This document shows, in pieces, positions 28,901 through 42,455 of a stretch of 64,000 bases of DNA. The position numbers and the translations under genes were made by a program. Numbering within the stretch: position 1 is the first letter of the stretch; each line of letters begins with the position of its first letter. Where the stretch lies: positions 8,928,001-8,992,000 of the forward strand of contig OZ024740.1 of NCBI GenBank assembly GCA_964016885.1, given 5' to 3'. This stretch comes from Eledone cirrhosa. Taxonomy: Eukaryota. A model generated the notes under the pieces. The model had not been told where the DNA came from. It did not search any database and saw only the letters and a list, made by a program, of their open reading frames with translations.

Positions 28901-31900
28901 ATTGGTATATCAGTTTTGATTGGCATATCAGTATCGATTGGTATGTCAGTTTCGATTGGTATGTCAGTTTTCGATTCGTATATCAGTTTCGATTTGTATA
29001 TCAGTTTCGATTGGTATATCAGTTTCGATTGGTATATCAGTTTTTATTGCTATATCAGTTCCTATAGATATGTCAGTTTCTATTGGTATATCAGTTTCGA
29101 TTGGTATGTCAGTTTCTATTGGTATATCAGTTTCAATTGGTATGTCAGTTGCTATTGTTATATCAGATTCGATTGGTATATCAGTTTCGATTGGTATGTC
29201 AATTTCGATTGTTATGTCAGTTTCGATTGGTATATCAGATTCGACTGGTATATCACTTTCTATTGATATATCAGTTTCAATTGGTCTGTCAGTTTCGATT
29301 ATGATGTTAGTCCTTGATTTGTATGTTAGTTTCTATTGGTATATCAGTTTCTATTGGTATGTCAGTTTCTATTGGTATATCAGTTTCGATTGGCATATCA
29401 GTTTCAATTGGTATGTCAGTTTCAATTAGTATATCAGTTTCGAATGGTATCTCAATCTCGATTGGTATGTCAGTTTCGATTGGTATATCAGTTACAATTG
29501 GGAATATCAGTTTCAATAGGTATGTTAGTTTCTATTGGTATGTCAGTTTCTATTAGTATATCAGCTTCTATTGGTATGTCAGTTTCGATTGGTATGTTAG
29601 TCCTCGATTTGTATGACACTTTCTATTGGTATATCAGTTTCGATTGGTATGTCAGTTTCAATTAGTATATCAGTTTCGATTGGTATATCAGTTTCGATTG
29701 GTATATCAGTTTCTATTGCTATATCAGTTTCTATTGGTATATCAGTTTCGATTGGTATGTCAGTTTCTATTGGTATATCAGTTGCGATTGGTATGTCAGT
29801 TTCTATTGGTATATCAGCTTCGATTGGTATGTCAGTTTCGATTGGTATATCAGTTTCGATTGGTATATCAGTTTCGATTGGTATGTTAGTTTCTATTGGT
29901 ATGTCAGTTTCGATTAGTATATCAGTTTCTATTGGTATGTCAGTTTTGATTGGTATATCAGTTTCGATTGGTATGTCAGTTTCGATTAGTATATCTGTTG
30001 CTAATGGTATGTCAGTTTCTATTGGTATATCAGTTTCGATTGGTATATCAGTTTCGATTGGTATGTCAATTTTGATTAGTATATGAGTTTCTATTGGTAT
30101 GACAGTTTCGATTGGTATATCAGTTTCGAATGGTATGTCAGTTTCTATTGGTATGTCAGTTTCGATTGGTATATCAGTTTCGATTGGTATATCAGTTTCT
30201 ATTGCTATATCAGTTTCTATTGGTATATCAGTTTCGATTGGTATATCAGTTTCTATTGGTATATCAGTTGCAATTGGTATGTCAGTTTCTATTGGTATGT
30301 GAGTTTCGATTATTATATCAGTTACTATTGGTATGTCAGTTTCGATTGGTATGTCAGTTACGATTGTTATGTCAGTGTCTATTGGTATATCAGTTTAGAT
30401 TGGTATATCAGTTTCGATTGGTATGTCAGTTTCTATTGTTATATCAGTTTCTATTTGTATGACCGTTTCGATTGGTATGTCAGTTTCTATAGGTATATCA
30501 GTTTCGATTGGTATGTTAGGTTCTATTGGTATGTCAGTTTAGATTAGTATATCAGTATCTATTGGTATGTTAGTTTTGATTGGTATGTTCGTCCTCGAGT
30601 TGTATTTCAGTTTCTATTGGTATATCAGTTTCGATTGGTATGTCAGTTTCTATTGGTATGTCAGTTTCTATTAGTATATCAGTTTCTATTGATATGTCAG
30701 TCTCTATTGGTATATCAGTTTCGATTGGTATGTCAGTTTCGATTGGTATATCAGTTTCGATTGGTACGTCAGTTTCGATTGGTATATCAGTTTCTATTGG
30801 TATATCAGTTTCGATTGCTATGTCAGTTTCGATTGCTATGTCAGTCTCTATTGGTTTATCAGTTTCAATTGGTATATCAGTTTCTATTGGTCTGTTAGTT
30901 TCTATTGGTATGTCAGTTTCGATTAGTATATCAGTTTCTATTGGTATATCAGTTTCGATTGGTATGTCAGTTTCGATTAGTATATCAGTTACTATTTGTA
31001 TGTCAGTTTCTATTGGTATATCAGTTTCGATTGTTATATCAGTTTCGATTGGTATATCAGTTTCAATTGGTATGTCATTTTTGATTGGTATATCAGTTTC
31101 TATTGGTATATCAGTTTCGATTGGTATGTCAATATCGATTGGTATGTCAGTTTCTATTGGTACGTCAGTTTCGATTAGTATATCAGTTTCTATTGGTATG
31201 TCAGTTTCTATTGGTATGTCATTTTCGATTAGTATATCAGTTTCTATTGCTATGTCAGTTTCGATTAGTATATCAGTTTCTATTGGTATGTCTGTTTCGA
31301 TTGGTATGTTAGTCTTCGATTGGTATGTCAGTTTCAATTAGTATATCAGTTTCTATTGGTATGTCAGTTTCTATTGGTATATCAGTTTTGATTGGCATAT
31401 CAGTATCGATTGGTATGTCAGTTTCGATTGGTATGTCAGTTTTCGATTCGTATATCAGTTTCGATTTGTATATCAGTTTCGATTGGTATATCAGTTTTTA
31501 TTGCTATATCAGTTCCTATAGATATGTCAGTTTCTATTGGTATATCAGTTTCGATTGGTATGTCAGTTTCTATTGGTATATCAGTTTCTATTGGTATGTC
31601 AGTTGCTATTGTTATATCAGTTTCGATTGGTATATCAGTTTCGATTGGTATCTCAATTTCGATTGTTATGTCAGTTTCGATTGGTATATCAGATTCGACT
31701 GGTATATCACTTTCTATTGATATATCAGTTTCTATTGGTATGTCAGTTTCAATTGGTATGTCAGTTTCGATTGGTATATCAGTTTAGAGTGGTATTTCAA
31801 TCTCGATTGGTATGTCAGTTTCGATTGGCATGTTAGTCCTTGATTTGTATGTTAGTTTATATTGGTATATCAGTTTTGATTGGTATGTCAGTTTCAATTA

Positions 31901-34900
31901 GTATATTAGTTTCTATTGGTATGTCAGTTTCTATTGGTATATCAGTTTCGATTGGCATATCAGTTTCAATTGGTATGTCAGTTTCAATTAGTATATCAGT
32001 TTCTATTGGTATGACAGTTTCGATTGGTATATCAGTTTCGAATGGTATTTCAATCTCGATTGGTATGTCAGTTTCGATTGGTATATCAGTCACAATTGGG
32101 AATATCAGTTTCAATTGGTATGTTAGTTTCTATTGGTATGTCAGTTTCTATTAGTATATCAGCTTCTATTGGTATGTCAGTTTCGATTGGTATGTTAGTC
32201 CTCGATTTGTATGTCACTTTCTATTGGTATATCAGTTTCGATTGGTACGTCAGTTTCAATTAGTATATCAGTTTCTATTGGTCTGTTAGTTTCTATTGGT
32301 ATGTCAGTTTCGATTAGTATATCAGTTTCTATTGGTATATCAGTTTCGATTGGTATGTCAGTTTCGATTAGTATATCAGTTACTATTTGTATGTCAGTTT
32401 CTATTGGTATATCAGTTTCGATTGGTATATCAGTTTCGATTGGTATATCAGTTTCAATTGGTATGTCATTTTTGATTGGTATATCAGTTTCTATTGGTAT
32501 ATCAGTTTCGATTAGTATGTCAATTTCGATTGGTATGTCAGTTTGTATTGGTACGTCAGTTTCGATTAGTATATCAGTTTCTATTGGTATGTCAGTTTCT
32601 ATTGGTATGTCATTTTCGATTAGTATATCAGTTTCGATTGCTATGTCAGTTTCGATTGGTATGTTAGTTTCTATTGCTATGTCAGTTTCGATTAGTATAT
32701 CAGTTTCTATTGGTATGTCAGTTTCTATTGGTATATCAGTTTTGATTGGCATATCAGTATCGATTGGTATGTCAGTTTCGATTGGTATGTCAGTTTTCGA
32801 TTCGTATATCAGTTTCGATTTGTATATCAGTTTCGATTGGTATATCAGTTTCGATTGGTATATCAGTTTTTATTGCTATATCAGTTCCTATAGATATGTC
32901 AGTTTCTATTGGTATATCAGTTTCGATTGGTATGTCAGTTTCTATTGGTATATCAGTTTCAATTGGTATGTCAGTTGCTATTGTTATATCAGATTCGATT
33001 GGTATATCAGTTTCGATTGGTATGTCAATTTCGATTGTTATGTCAGTTTCGATTGGTATATCAGATTCGACTGGTATATCACTTTCTATTGATATATCAG
33101 TTTCAATTGGTCTGTCAGTTTCGATTATGATGTTAGTCCTTGATTTGTATGTTAGTTTCTATTGGTATATCAGTTTCTATTGGTATGTCAGTTTCTATTG
33201 GTATATCAGTTTCGATTGGCATATCAGTTTCAATTGGTATGTCAGTTTCAATTAGTATATCAGTTTCGAATGGTATCTCAATCTCGATTGGTATGTCAGT
33301 TTCGATTGGTATATCAGTTACAATTGGGAATATCAGTTTCAATAGGTATGTTAGTTTCTATTGGTATGTCAGTTTCTATTAGTATATCAGCTTCTATTGG
33401 TATGTCAGTTTCGATTGGTATGTTAGTCCTCGATTTGTATGACACTTTCTATTGGTATATCAGTTTCGATTGGTATGTCAGTTTCAATTAGTATATCAGT
33501 TTCGATTGGTATATCAGTTTCGATTGGTATATCAGTTTCTATTGCTATATCAGTTTCTATTGGTATATCAGTTTCGATTGGTATGTCAGTTTCTATTGGT
33601 ATATCAGTTGCGATTGGTATGTCAGTTTCTATTGGTATATCAGCTTCGATTGGTATGTCAGTTTCGATTGGTATATCAGTTTCGATTGGTATATCAGTTT
33701 CGATTGGTATGTTAGTTTCTATTGGTATGTCAGTTTCGATTAGTATATCAGTTTCTATTGGTATGTCAGTTTTGATTGGTATATCAGTTTCGATTGGTAT
33801 GTCAGTTTCGATTAGTATATCTGTTGCTAATGGTATGTCAGTTTCTATTGGTATATCAGTTTCGATTGGTATATCAGTTTCGATTGGTATGTCAATTTTG
33901 ATTAGTATATGAGTTTCTATTGGTATGACAGTTTCGATTGGTATATCAGTTTCGAATGGTATGTCAGTTTCTATTGGTATGTCAGTTTCGATTGGTATAT
34001 CAGTTTCGATTGGTATATCAGTTTCTATTGCTATATCAGTTTCTATTGGTATATCAGTTTCGATTGGTATATCAGTTTCTATTGGTATATCAGTTGCAAT
34101 TGGTATGTCAGTTTCTATTGGTATGTGAGTTTCGATTATTATATCAGTTACTATTGGTATGTCAGTTTCGATTGGTATGTCAGTTACGATTGTTATGTCA
34201 GTGTCTATTGGTATATCAGTTTAGATTGGTATATCAGTTTCGATTGGTATGTCAGTTTCTATTGTTATATCAGTTTCTATTTGTATGACCGTTTCGATTG
34301 GTATGTCAGTTTCTATAGGTATATCAGTTTCGATTGGTATGTTAGGTTCTATTGGTATGTCAGTTTAGATTAGTATATCAGTATCTATTGGTATGTTAGT
34401 TTTGATTGGTATGTTCGTCCTCGAGTTGTATTTCAGTTTCTATTGGTATATCAGTTTCGATTGGTATGTCAGTTTCTATTGGTATGTCAGTTTCTATTAG
34501 TATATCAGTTTCTATTGATATGTCAGTCTCTATTGGTATATCAGTTTCGATTGGTATGTCAGTTTCGATTGGTATATCAGTTTCGATTGGTACGTCAGTT
34601 TCGATTGGTATATCAGTTTCTATTGGTATATCAGTTTCGATTGCTATGTCAGTTTCGATTGCTATGTCAGTCTCTATTGGTTTATCAGTTTCAATTGGTA
34701 TATCAGTTTCTATTGGTCTGTTAGTTTCTATTGGTATGTCAGTTTCGATTAGTATATCAGTTTCTATTGGTATATCAGTTTCGATTGGTATGTCAGTTTC
34801 GATTAGTATATCAGTTACTATTTGTATGTCAGTTTCTATTGGTATATCAGTTTCGATTGTTATATCAGTTTCGATTGGTATATCAGTTTCAATTGGTATG

Positions 34901-37290
34901 TCATTTTTGATTGGTATATCAGTTTCTATTGGTATATCAGTTTCGATTGGTATGTCAATATCGATTGGTATGTCAGTTTCTATTGGTACGTCAGTTTCGA
35001 TTAGTATATCAGTTTCTATTGGTATGTCAGTTTCTATTGGTATGTCATTTTCGATTAGTATATCAGTTTCTATTGCTATGTCAGTTTCGATTAGTATATC
35101 AGTTTCTATTGGTATGTCTGTTTCGATTGGTATGTTAGTCTTCGATTGGTATGTCAGTTTCAATTAGTATATCAGTTTCTATTGGTATGTCAGTTTCTAT
35201 TGGTATATCAGTTTTGATTGGCATATCAGTATCGATTGGTATGTCAGTTTCGATTGGTATGTCAGTTTTCGATTCGTATATCAGTTTCGATTTGTATATC
35301 AGTTTCGATTGGTATATCAGTTTTTATTGCTATATCAGTTCCTATAGATATGTCAGTTTCTATTGGTATATCAGTTTCGATTGGTATGTCAGTTTCTATT
35401 GGTATATCAGTTTCTATTGGTATGTCAGTTGCTATTGTTATATCAGTTTCGATTGGTATATCAGTTTCGATTGGTATCTCAATTTCGATTGTTATGTCAG
35501 TTTCGATTGGTATATCAGATTCGACTGGTATATCACTTTCTATTGATATATCAGTTTCTATTGGTATGTCAGTTTCAATTGGTATGTCAGTTTCGATTGG
35601 TATATCAGTTTAGAGTGGTATTTCAATCTCGATTGGTATGTCAGTTTCGATTGGCATGTTAGTCCTTGATTTGTATGTTAGTTTATATTGGTATATCAGT
35701 TTTGATTGGTATGTCAGTTTCAATTAGTATATTAGTTTCTATTGGTATGTCAGTTTCTATTGGTATATCAGTTTCGATTGGCATATCAGTTTCAATTGGT
35801 ATGTCAGTTTCAATTAGTATATCAGTTTCTATTGGTATGACAGTTTCGATTGGTATATCAGTTTCGAATGGTATTTCAATCTCGATTGGTATGTCAGTTT
35901 CGATTGGTATATCAGTCACAATTGGGAATATCAGTTTCAATTGGTATGTTAGTTTCTATTGGTATGTCAGTTTCTATTAGTATATCAGCTTCTATTGGTA
36001 TGTCAGTTTCGATTGGTATGTTAGTCCTCGATTTGTATGTCACTTTCTATTGGTATATCAGTTTCGATTGGTACGTCAGTTTCAATTAGTATATCAGTTT
36101 CTATTGGTCTGTTAGTTTCTATTGGTATGTCAGTTTCGATTAGTATATCAGTTTCTATTGGTATATCAGTTTCGATTGGTATGTCAGTTTCGATTAGTAT
36201 ATCAGTTACTATTTGTATGTCAGTTTCTATTGGTATATCAGTTTCGATTGGTATATCAGTTTCGATTGGTATATCAGTTTCAATTGGTATGTCATTTTTG
36301 ATTGGTATATCAGTTTCTATTGGTATATCAGTTTCGATTAGTATGTCAATTTCGATTGGTATGTCAGTTTGTATTGGTACGTCAGTTTCGATTAGTATAT
36401 CAGTTTCTATTGGTATGTCAGTTTCTATTGGTATGTCATTTTCGATTAGTATATCAGTTTCGATTGCTATGTCAGTTTCGATTGGTATGTTAGTTTCTAT
36501 TGCTATGTCAGTTTCGATTAGTATATCAGTTTCTATTGGTATGTCAGTTTCTATTGGTATATCAGTTTTGATTGGCATATCAGTATCGATTGGTATGTCA
36601 GTTTCGATTGGTATGTCAGTTTTCGATTCGTATATCAGTTTCGATTTGTATATCAGTTTCGATTGGTATATCAGTTTCGATTGGTATATCAGTTTTTATT
36701 GCTATATCAGTTCCTATAGATATGTCAGTTTCTATTGGTATATCAGTTTCGATTGGTATGTCAGTTTCTATTGGTATATCAGTTTCAATTGGTATGTCAG
36801 TTGCTATTGTTATATCAGATTCGATTGGTATATCAGTTTCGATTGGTATGTCAATTTCGATTGTTATGTCAGTTTCGATTGGTATATCAGATTCGACTGG
36901 TATATCACTTTCTATTGATATATCAGTTTCAATTGGTATGTCAGTTTCGATTGGTATGTTAGTCCTTGATTTGTATGTTAGTTTCTATTGGTATATCAGT
37001 TTCTATTGGTATGTCAGTTTCTATTGGTATATCAGTTTCGATTGGCATATCAGTTTCAATTGGTATGTCAGTTTCAATTAGTATATCAGTTTCGAATGGT
37101 ATCTCAATCTCGATTGGTATGTCAGTTTCGATTGGTATATCAGTTACAATTGGGAATATCAGTTTCAATAGGTATGTTAGTTTCTATTGGTATGTCAGTT
37201 TCTATTAGTATATCAGCTTCTATTGGTATGTCAGTTTCGATTGGTATGTTAGTCCTCGATTTGTATGACACTTTCTATTGGTATATCAGT
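25960..37290 (+). repeat. Higher-order repeat, 3826-bp period, ~3 near-identical copies (ends approximate)
   Basis: Matching ORFs at 26257/30083/33909, 26744/30570/34396, 28385/32211/36037 and 29314/33140/36966. Confidence 0.92.
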
Positions 37291-39832
37291 TTCGATTGGC
37301 ATATCAGTATCGATTGGTATGTCAGTTTCGATTGGTATGTCAGTTTTCGATTCGTATATCAGTTTCGATTTGTATATCAGTTTCGATTGGTATATCAGTT
37401 TTTATTGCTATATCAGTTCCTATAGATATGTCAGTTTCTATTGGTATATCAGTTTCGATTGGTATGTCAGTTTCTATTGGTATATCAGTTTCTATTGGTA
37501 TGTCAGTTGCTATTGTTATATCAGTTTCGATTGGTATATCAGTTTCGATTGGTATCTCAATTTCGATTGTTATGTCAGTTTCGATTGGTATATCAGATTC
37601 GACTGGTATATCACTTTCTATTGATATATCAGTTTCTATTGGTATGTCAGTTTCAATTGGTATGTCAGTTTCGATTGGTATATCAGTTTAGAGTGGTATT
37701 TCAATCTCGATTGGTATGTCAGTTTCGATTGGCATGTTAGTCCTTGATTTGTATGTTAGTTTATATTGGTATATCAGTTTTGATTGGTATGTCAGTTTCA
37801 ATTAGTATATTAGTTTCTATTGGTATGTCAGTTTCTATTGGTATATCAGTTTCGATTGGCATATCAGTTTCAATTGGTATGTCAGTTTCAATTATTATAT
37901 CAGTTTCTATTGGTATGACAGTTTCGATTGGTATATCAGTTTCGAATGGTATTTCAATCTCGATTGGTATGTCAGTTTCGATTGGTATATCAGTCACAAT
38001 TGGGAATATCAGTTTCAATTGGTATGTTAGTTTCTATTGGTATGTCAGTTTCTATTAGTATATCAGCTTCTATTGGTATGTCAGTTTCGATTGGTATGTT
38101 AGTCCTCGATTTGTATGTCACTTTCTATTGGTATATCAGTTTCGATTGGTACGTCAGTTTCAATTAGTATATCAGTTTCTATTGGTATGTCAGTTTCTAT
38201 TGGTATGTCAGTTTCGATTGGTATATCAGTTTCGATTGGTACGTCAGTTTCGATTGGTATATCAGTTTCTATTGGTATATCAGTTTCGATTGCTATATCA
38301 GTTTCGATTGCTATGTCAGTCTCTATTGGTTAATCAGTTTCAATTGGTATATCAGTTTCTATTGGTCTGTTAGTTTCTATTGGTATGTCAGTTTCGATTA
38401 GTATATCAGTTTCTATTGGTATATCAGTTTCGATTGGTATGTCAGTTTCGATTAGTATATCAGTTACTATTTGTATGTCAGTTTCTATTGGTATATCAGT
38501 TTCGATTGGTATATCAGTTTCGATTGGTATATCAGTTTCAATTGGTATGTCATTTTTGATTGGTATATCAGTTTCTATTGGTATATCAGTTTCGATTAGT
38601 ATGTCAATTTCGATTGGTATGTCAGTTTCTATTGGTACGTCAGTTTCGATTAGTATATCAGTTTCTATTGGTATGTCAGTTTCTATTGGTATGTCATTTT
38701 CGATTAGTATATCAGTTTCGATTGCTATGTCAGTTTCGATTGGTATGTTAGTTTCTATTGCTATGTCAGTTTCGATTAGTATATCAGTTTCTATTGGTAT
38801 GTCAGTTTCTATTGGTATATCAGTTTTGATTGGCATATCAGTATCGATTGGTATGTCAGTTTCGATTGGTATGTCAGTTTTCGATTCGTATATCAGTTTC
38901 GATTTGTATATCAGTTTCGATTGGTATATCAGTTTCGATTGGTATATCAGTTTTTATTGCTATATCAGTTCCTATAGATATGTCAGTTTCTATTGGTATA
39001 TCAGTTTCGATTGGTATGTCAGTTTCTATTGGTATATCAGTTTCAATTGGTATGTCAGTTGCTATTGTTATATCAGATTCGATTGGTATATCAGTTTCGA
39101 TTGGTATGTCAATTTCGATTGTTATGTCAGTTTCGATTGGTATATCAGATTCGACTGGTATATCACTTTCTACTGATATATCAGTTTCAATTGGTATGTC
39201 AGTTTCGATTGGTATGTTAGTCCTTGATTTGTATGTTAGTTTCTATTGGTATATCAGTTTCTATTGGTATGTCAGTTTCTATTGGTATATCAGTTTCGAT
39301 TGGCATATCAGTTTCAATTGGTATGTCAGTTTCAATTAGTATATCAGTTTCGAATGGTATCTCAATCTCGATTGGTATGTCAGTTTCGATTGGTATATCA
39401 GTTACAATTGGGAATATCAGTTTCAATAGGTATGTTAGTTTCTATTGGTATGTCAGTTTCTATTAGTATATCAGCTTCTATTGGTATGTCAGTTTCGATT
39501 GGTATGTTAGTCCTCGATTTGTATGACACTTTCTATTGGTATATCAGTTTCGATTGGTATGTCAGTTTCAATTAGTATATCAGTTTCGATTGGTATATCA
39601 GTTTCGATTGGTATATCAGTTTCTATTGCTATATCAGTTTCTATTGGTATATCAGTTTCGATTGGTATGTCAATTTCTATTGGTATATCAGTTGCGATTG
39701 GTATGTCAGTTTCTATTGGTATGTGAGTTTCGATTATTATATCAGTTACTATTGTTATGTCAGTTTCGATTGGTATGTCAGTGTCTATTGGTATATCAGT
39801 TTCGATTGGTATGTCAGTTTCTATTGGTATAT

Positions 39833-40200
39833 TGAGATCGTGTAGGTGTCACGACAAAAAACACACAGTCCACGCTGTAAATGTGGCCGTGTAGGCAACA
39901 CGGTAAAAACCTCCCAGCCCCACACTGTAAATGTGGTTGGTGTTAGGAAGGGCATCCAGCTGTAGAAAACCCGCCAGACAGTCCACGCTGTAATGTGGCC
40001 GTGTAGGCAACACGGTAAAAACCTCCCAGCCCCACACTGTAAATGTGGTTGGTGTTAGGAAGGGCATCCAACTGTAAAAAACCCGCCAGACAGTCCTATG
40101 CGAGCAAGACAACCACTCTTGCCTCAAGTGGGAAAACCCCCGTCCAAACCCATGCAAGCGTGGAACACGGACGCTAAACCTGATGATGATGATGATGATG
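39833..40200 (+). mobile_element. 3'UTR-only RTE family A copy (A3, ~0.37 kb)
   Basis: Aligns to ~5722-6095 and has a (GAT)n tail at 40181-40200. The flanks rejoin to the sequence seen uninterrupted at ~25440-25600. Confidence 0.94.
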
Positions 40201-42363
40201 TTATCAGTTTTGTTTGGTATGTCAGTTTCGATTGGTATATCAGTTTCTATTGGTATGTCAATTTCGATTGGTATGTCAGTTTCGATTGGTATATCAGTTT
40301 AGAGTGGTATTTCAATCTCGATTGGTATGTCAGTTTCGATTGGCATGTTAGTCCTTGATTTGTATGTTAGTTTCTATTGGTATATCAGTTTTGATTGGTA
40401 TGTCAGTTTCAATTAGTATATCTGTTGCTATTGGTATGTCAGTTTCTATTAGAATATCAGTTTCGATTGGTATATCAGTTTCGATTGGTATGTCAGTTTC
40501 TATTGGTATGTCAATTTTTATTAGTATATGAGTTTCTATTGGTATGTCAGTTTCGATTGGTATATCAGTTTCGATTGGTATGTCAGTTTCGATTGGTATA
40601 TCAGTTTCGATTGCTATATCAGTTTCTATTGGTATGTCATTGGTATATCAGTTTCGATTGGTATGTCAGTTTCTATTGGTATATCAGCTTCGATTGGTAT
40701 ATCAGTTTCGATTGGTATATCAGTTTTCGTTTGGTATGTTAGTTTCTATTGGTATGTCAGTTTCAATTAGTATATCAGTTTCTATTGGTATGTCAGTTTC
40801 GATTGGTATGTTCGTCCTCGATTTGTATGTCAGTTTCTATTGGTATATCAGTTTCGATTGGTATGTCAGTTTCAATTAGTATATCAGTTTCTATTGGTAT
40901 GTCAGTTTCTATTGGAATATCAGTTTCGATTGGTATATCAGTTTCGATTGGTATGTCAGTTTCTATTGGTATGTCAATTTTGATTAGTATATGAGTTTCT
41001 ATTGGTATGTCAGTTTCGATTGGTATACCAGTTTCGAATGGTATGTCAGTTTCTATTGGTATGTCAGTTTCGATTGGTATATCAGTTTCGATTGGTATAT
41101 CAGTTTCTATTGGTATGTCATTGGTATATCAGTTTCGATTGGTATGTCAGTTTCTATTAGTATATCAGCTTCGATTGGTGTGTCAGTTTCGATTGGTATA
41201 TCAGTTTCGATTGGTATATCAGTTTCGATTTGTATGTTAGTTTCTATTGGTATGTCAGTTTCGATTAGTATATCAGTTTCTATTGGTATGTCAGTTTATA
41301 TTGCTATATCAGTTTCTATTTGTATATCAGTTTTGATTGGTATGTCAGTTTCGATTGGTATGTCAATTTCGATTGGTATATCAGTTTCGTTTGGTATATC
41401 AGTTTCTATTGCTATATCAGTTTCTATTTGTATATCAGTTTCGATTGGTATGTCAGTTTCTATTGGTATATCAGTTGCGATTGGTATGTCACTTTCTATT
41501 GGTATGTCCGTTTCGATTATTATATCAGTTACTATTTGTATGTCAGTTTCGATTGGTATGTCAGATTCAATTTTTATTTCAGTTTCGATTGGTATATCAG
41601 TTTCGATTGGTATATCAGTTTTCGTTTGGTATGTTAGTTTCTATTGGTATGTCAGTTTCGATTAGTATATCAGTTTCTATTGGTATGTCAGTTTCGATTG
41701 GTATGTTCGTCCTCGATTTGTATGTCAGTTTCTATTGGTATATCAGTTTCGATTGGTATGTCAGTTTCGATTGGTATATCAGTTTCGATTGGTATATCAG
41801 TTTCTATTGGTATGTCATTGGTATATCAGTTTCGATTGGTATGTCAGTTTCTATTGGTATATCAGCTTCGATTGGTATGTCAGTTTCGATTGGTATATCA
41901 GTTTCGATTGGTATATCAGTTTCGATTGGTATGTTAGTTTCTATTGGTATGTCAGTTTCGATTAGTATATCAGTTTCTATTGGTATGTCAGTTTATATTG
42001 CTATATCAGTTTCTATTTGTATATCAGTTTTGATTGGTATGTCAGTTTCGATTGGTATGTCAATTTCGATTGGTATATCAGTTTCGTTTGGTATATCAGT
42101 TTCTATTGCTATATCAGTTTCTATTTGTATATCAGTTTCGATTGGTATGTCAGTTTCTATTGGTATATCAGTTGCGATTGGTATGTCACTTTCTATTGGT
42201 ATGTCCGTTTCGATTATTATATCAGTTACTATTTGTATGTCAGTTTCGATTGGTATGTCAGATTCAATTTTTATTTCAGTTTCGATTGGTATATCAGTTT
42301 TCGTTTGGTATGTTAGTTTCTATTGGTATGTCAGTTTCGATTAGTATATCAGTTTCTATTGGT
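40201..42363 (+). repeat. 18-bp tandem satellite, block 4 (contains a ~697-bp local duplication)
   Basis: Same monomer. ORF pairs 41320/42017 and 41337/42034 show the local duplication. Confidence 0.97.
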
Positions 42364-42455
42364 TATTATTGTTAATTTTACTGATGTAGTAAAATTGGTT
42401 ATTATTTACTGATGTAGTAAAATTGGTTATTATTGTTAATTTTACTGATGTAGTA
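42358..42455 (+). repeat. AT-rich 36/28/34-bp triple tandem repeat at the 5' end of B1
   Basis: Unit ATTGGTTATTATTGTTAATTTTACTGATGTAGTAAA starts at 42358, 42394 (internally deleted) and 42422. The same repeat is at 48683-48780. Confidence 0.9.

Larger units (their letters stand above)
14512..39832 (+). repeat. 18-bp tandem satellite, block 3 (~25 kb, with higher-order repeats)
   Basis: Uninterrupted array of the same monomer. Confidence 0.98.
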
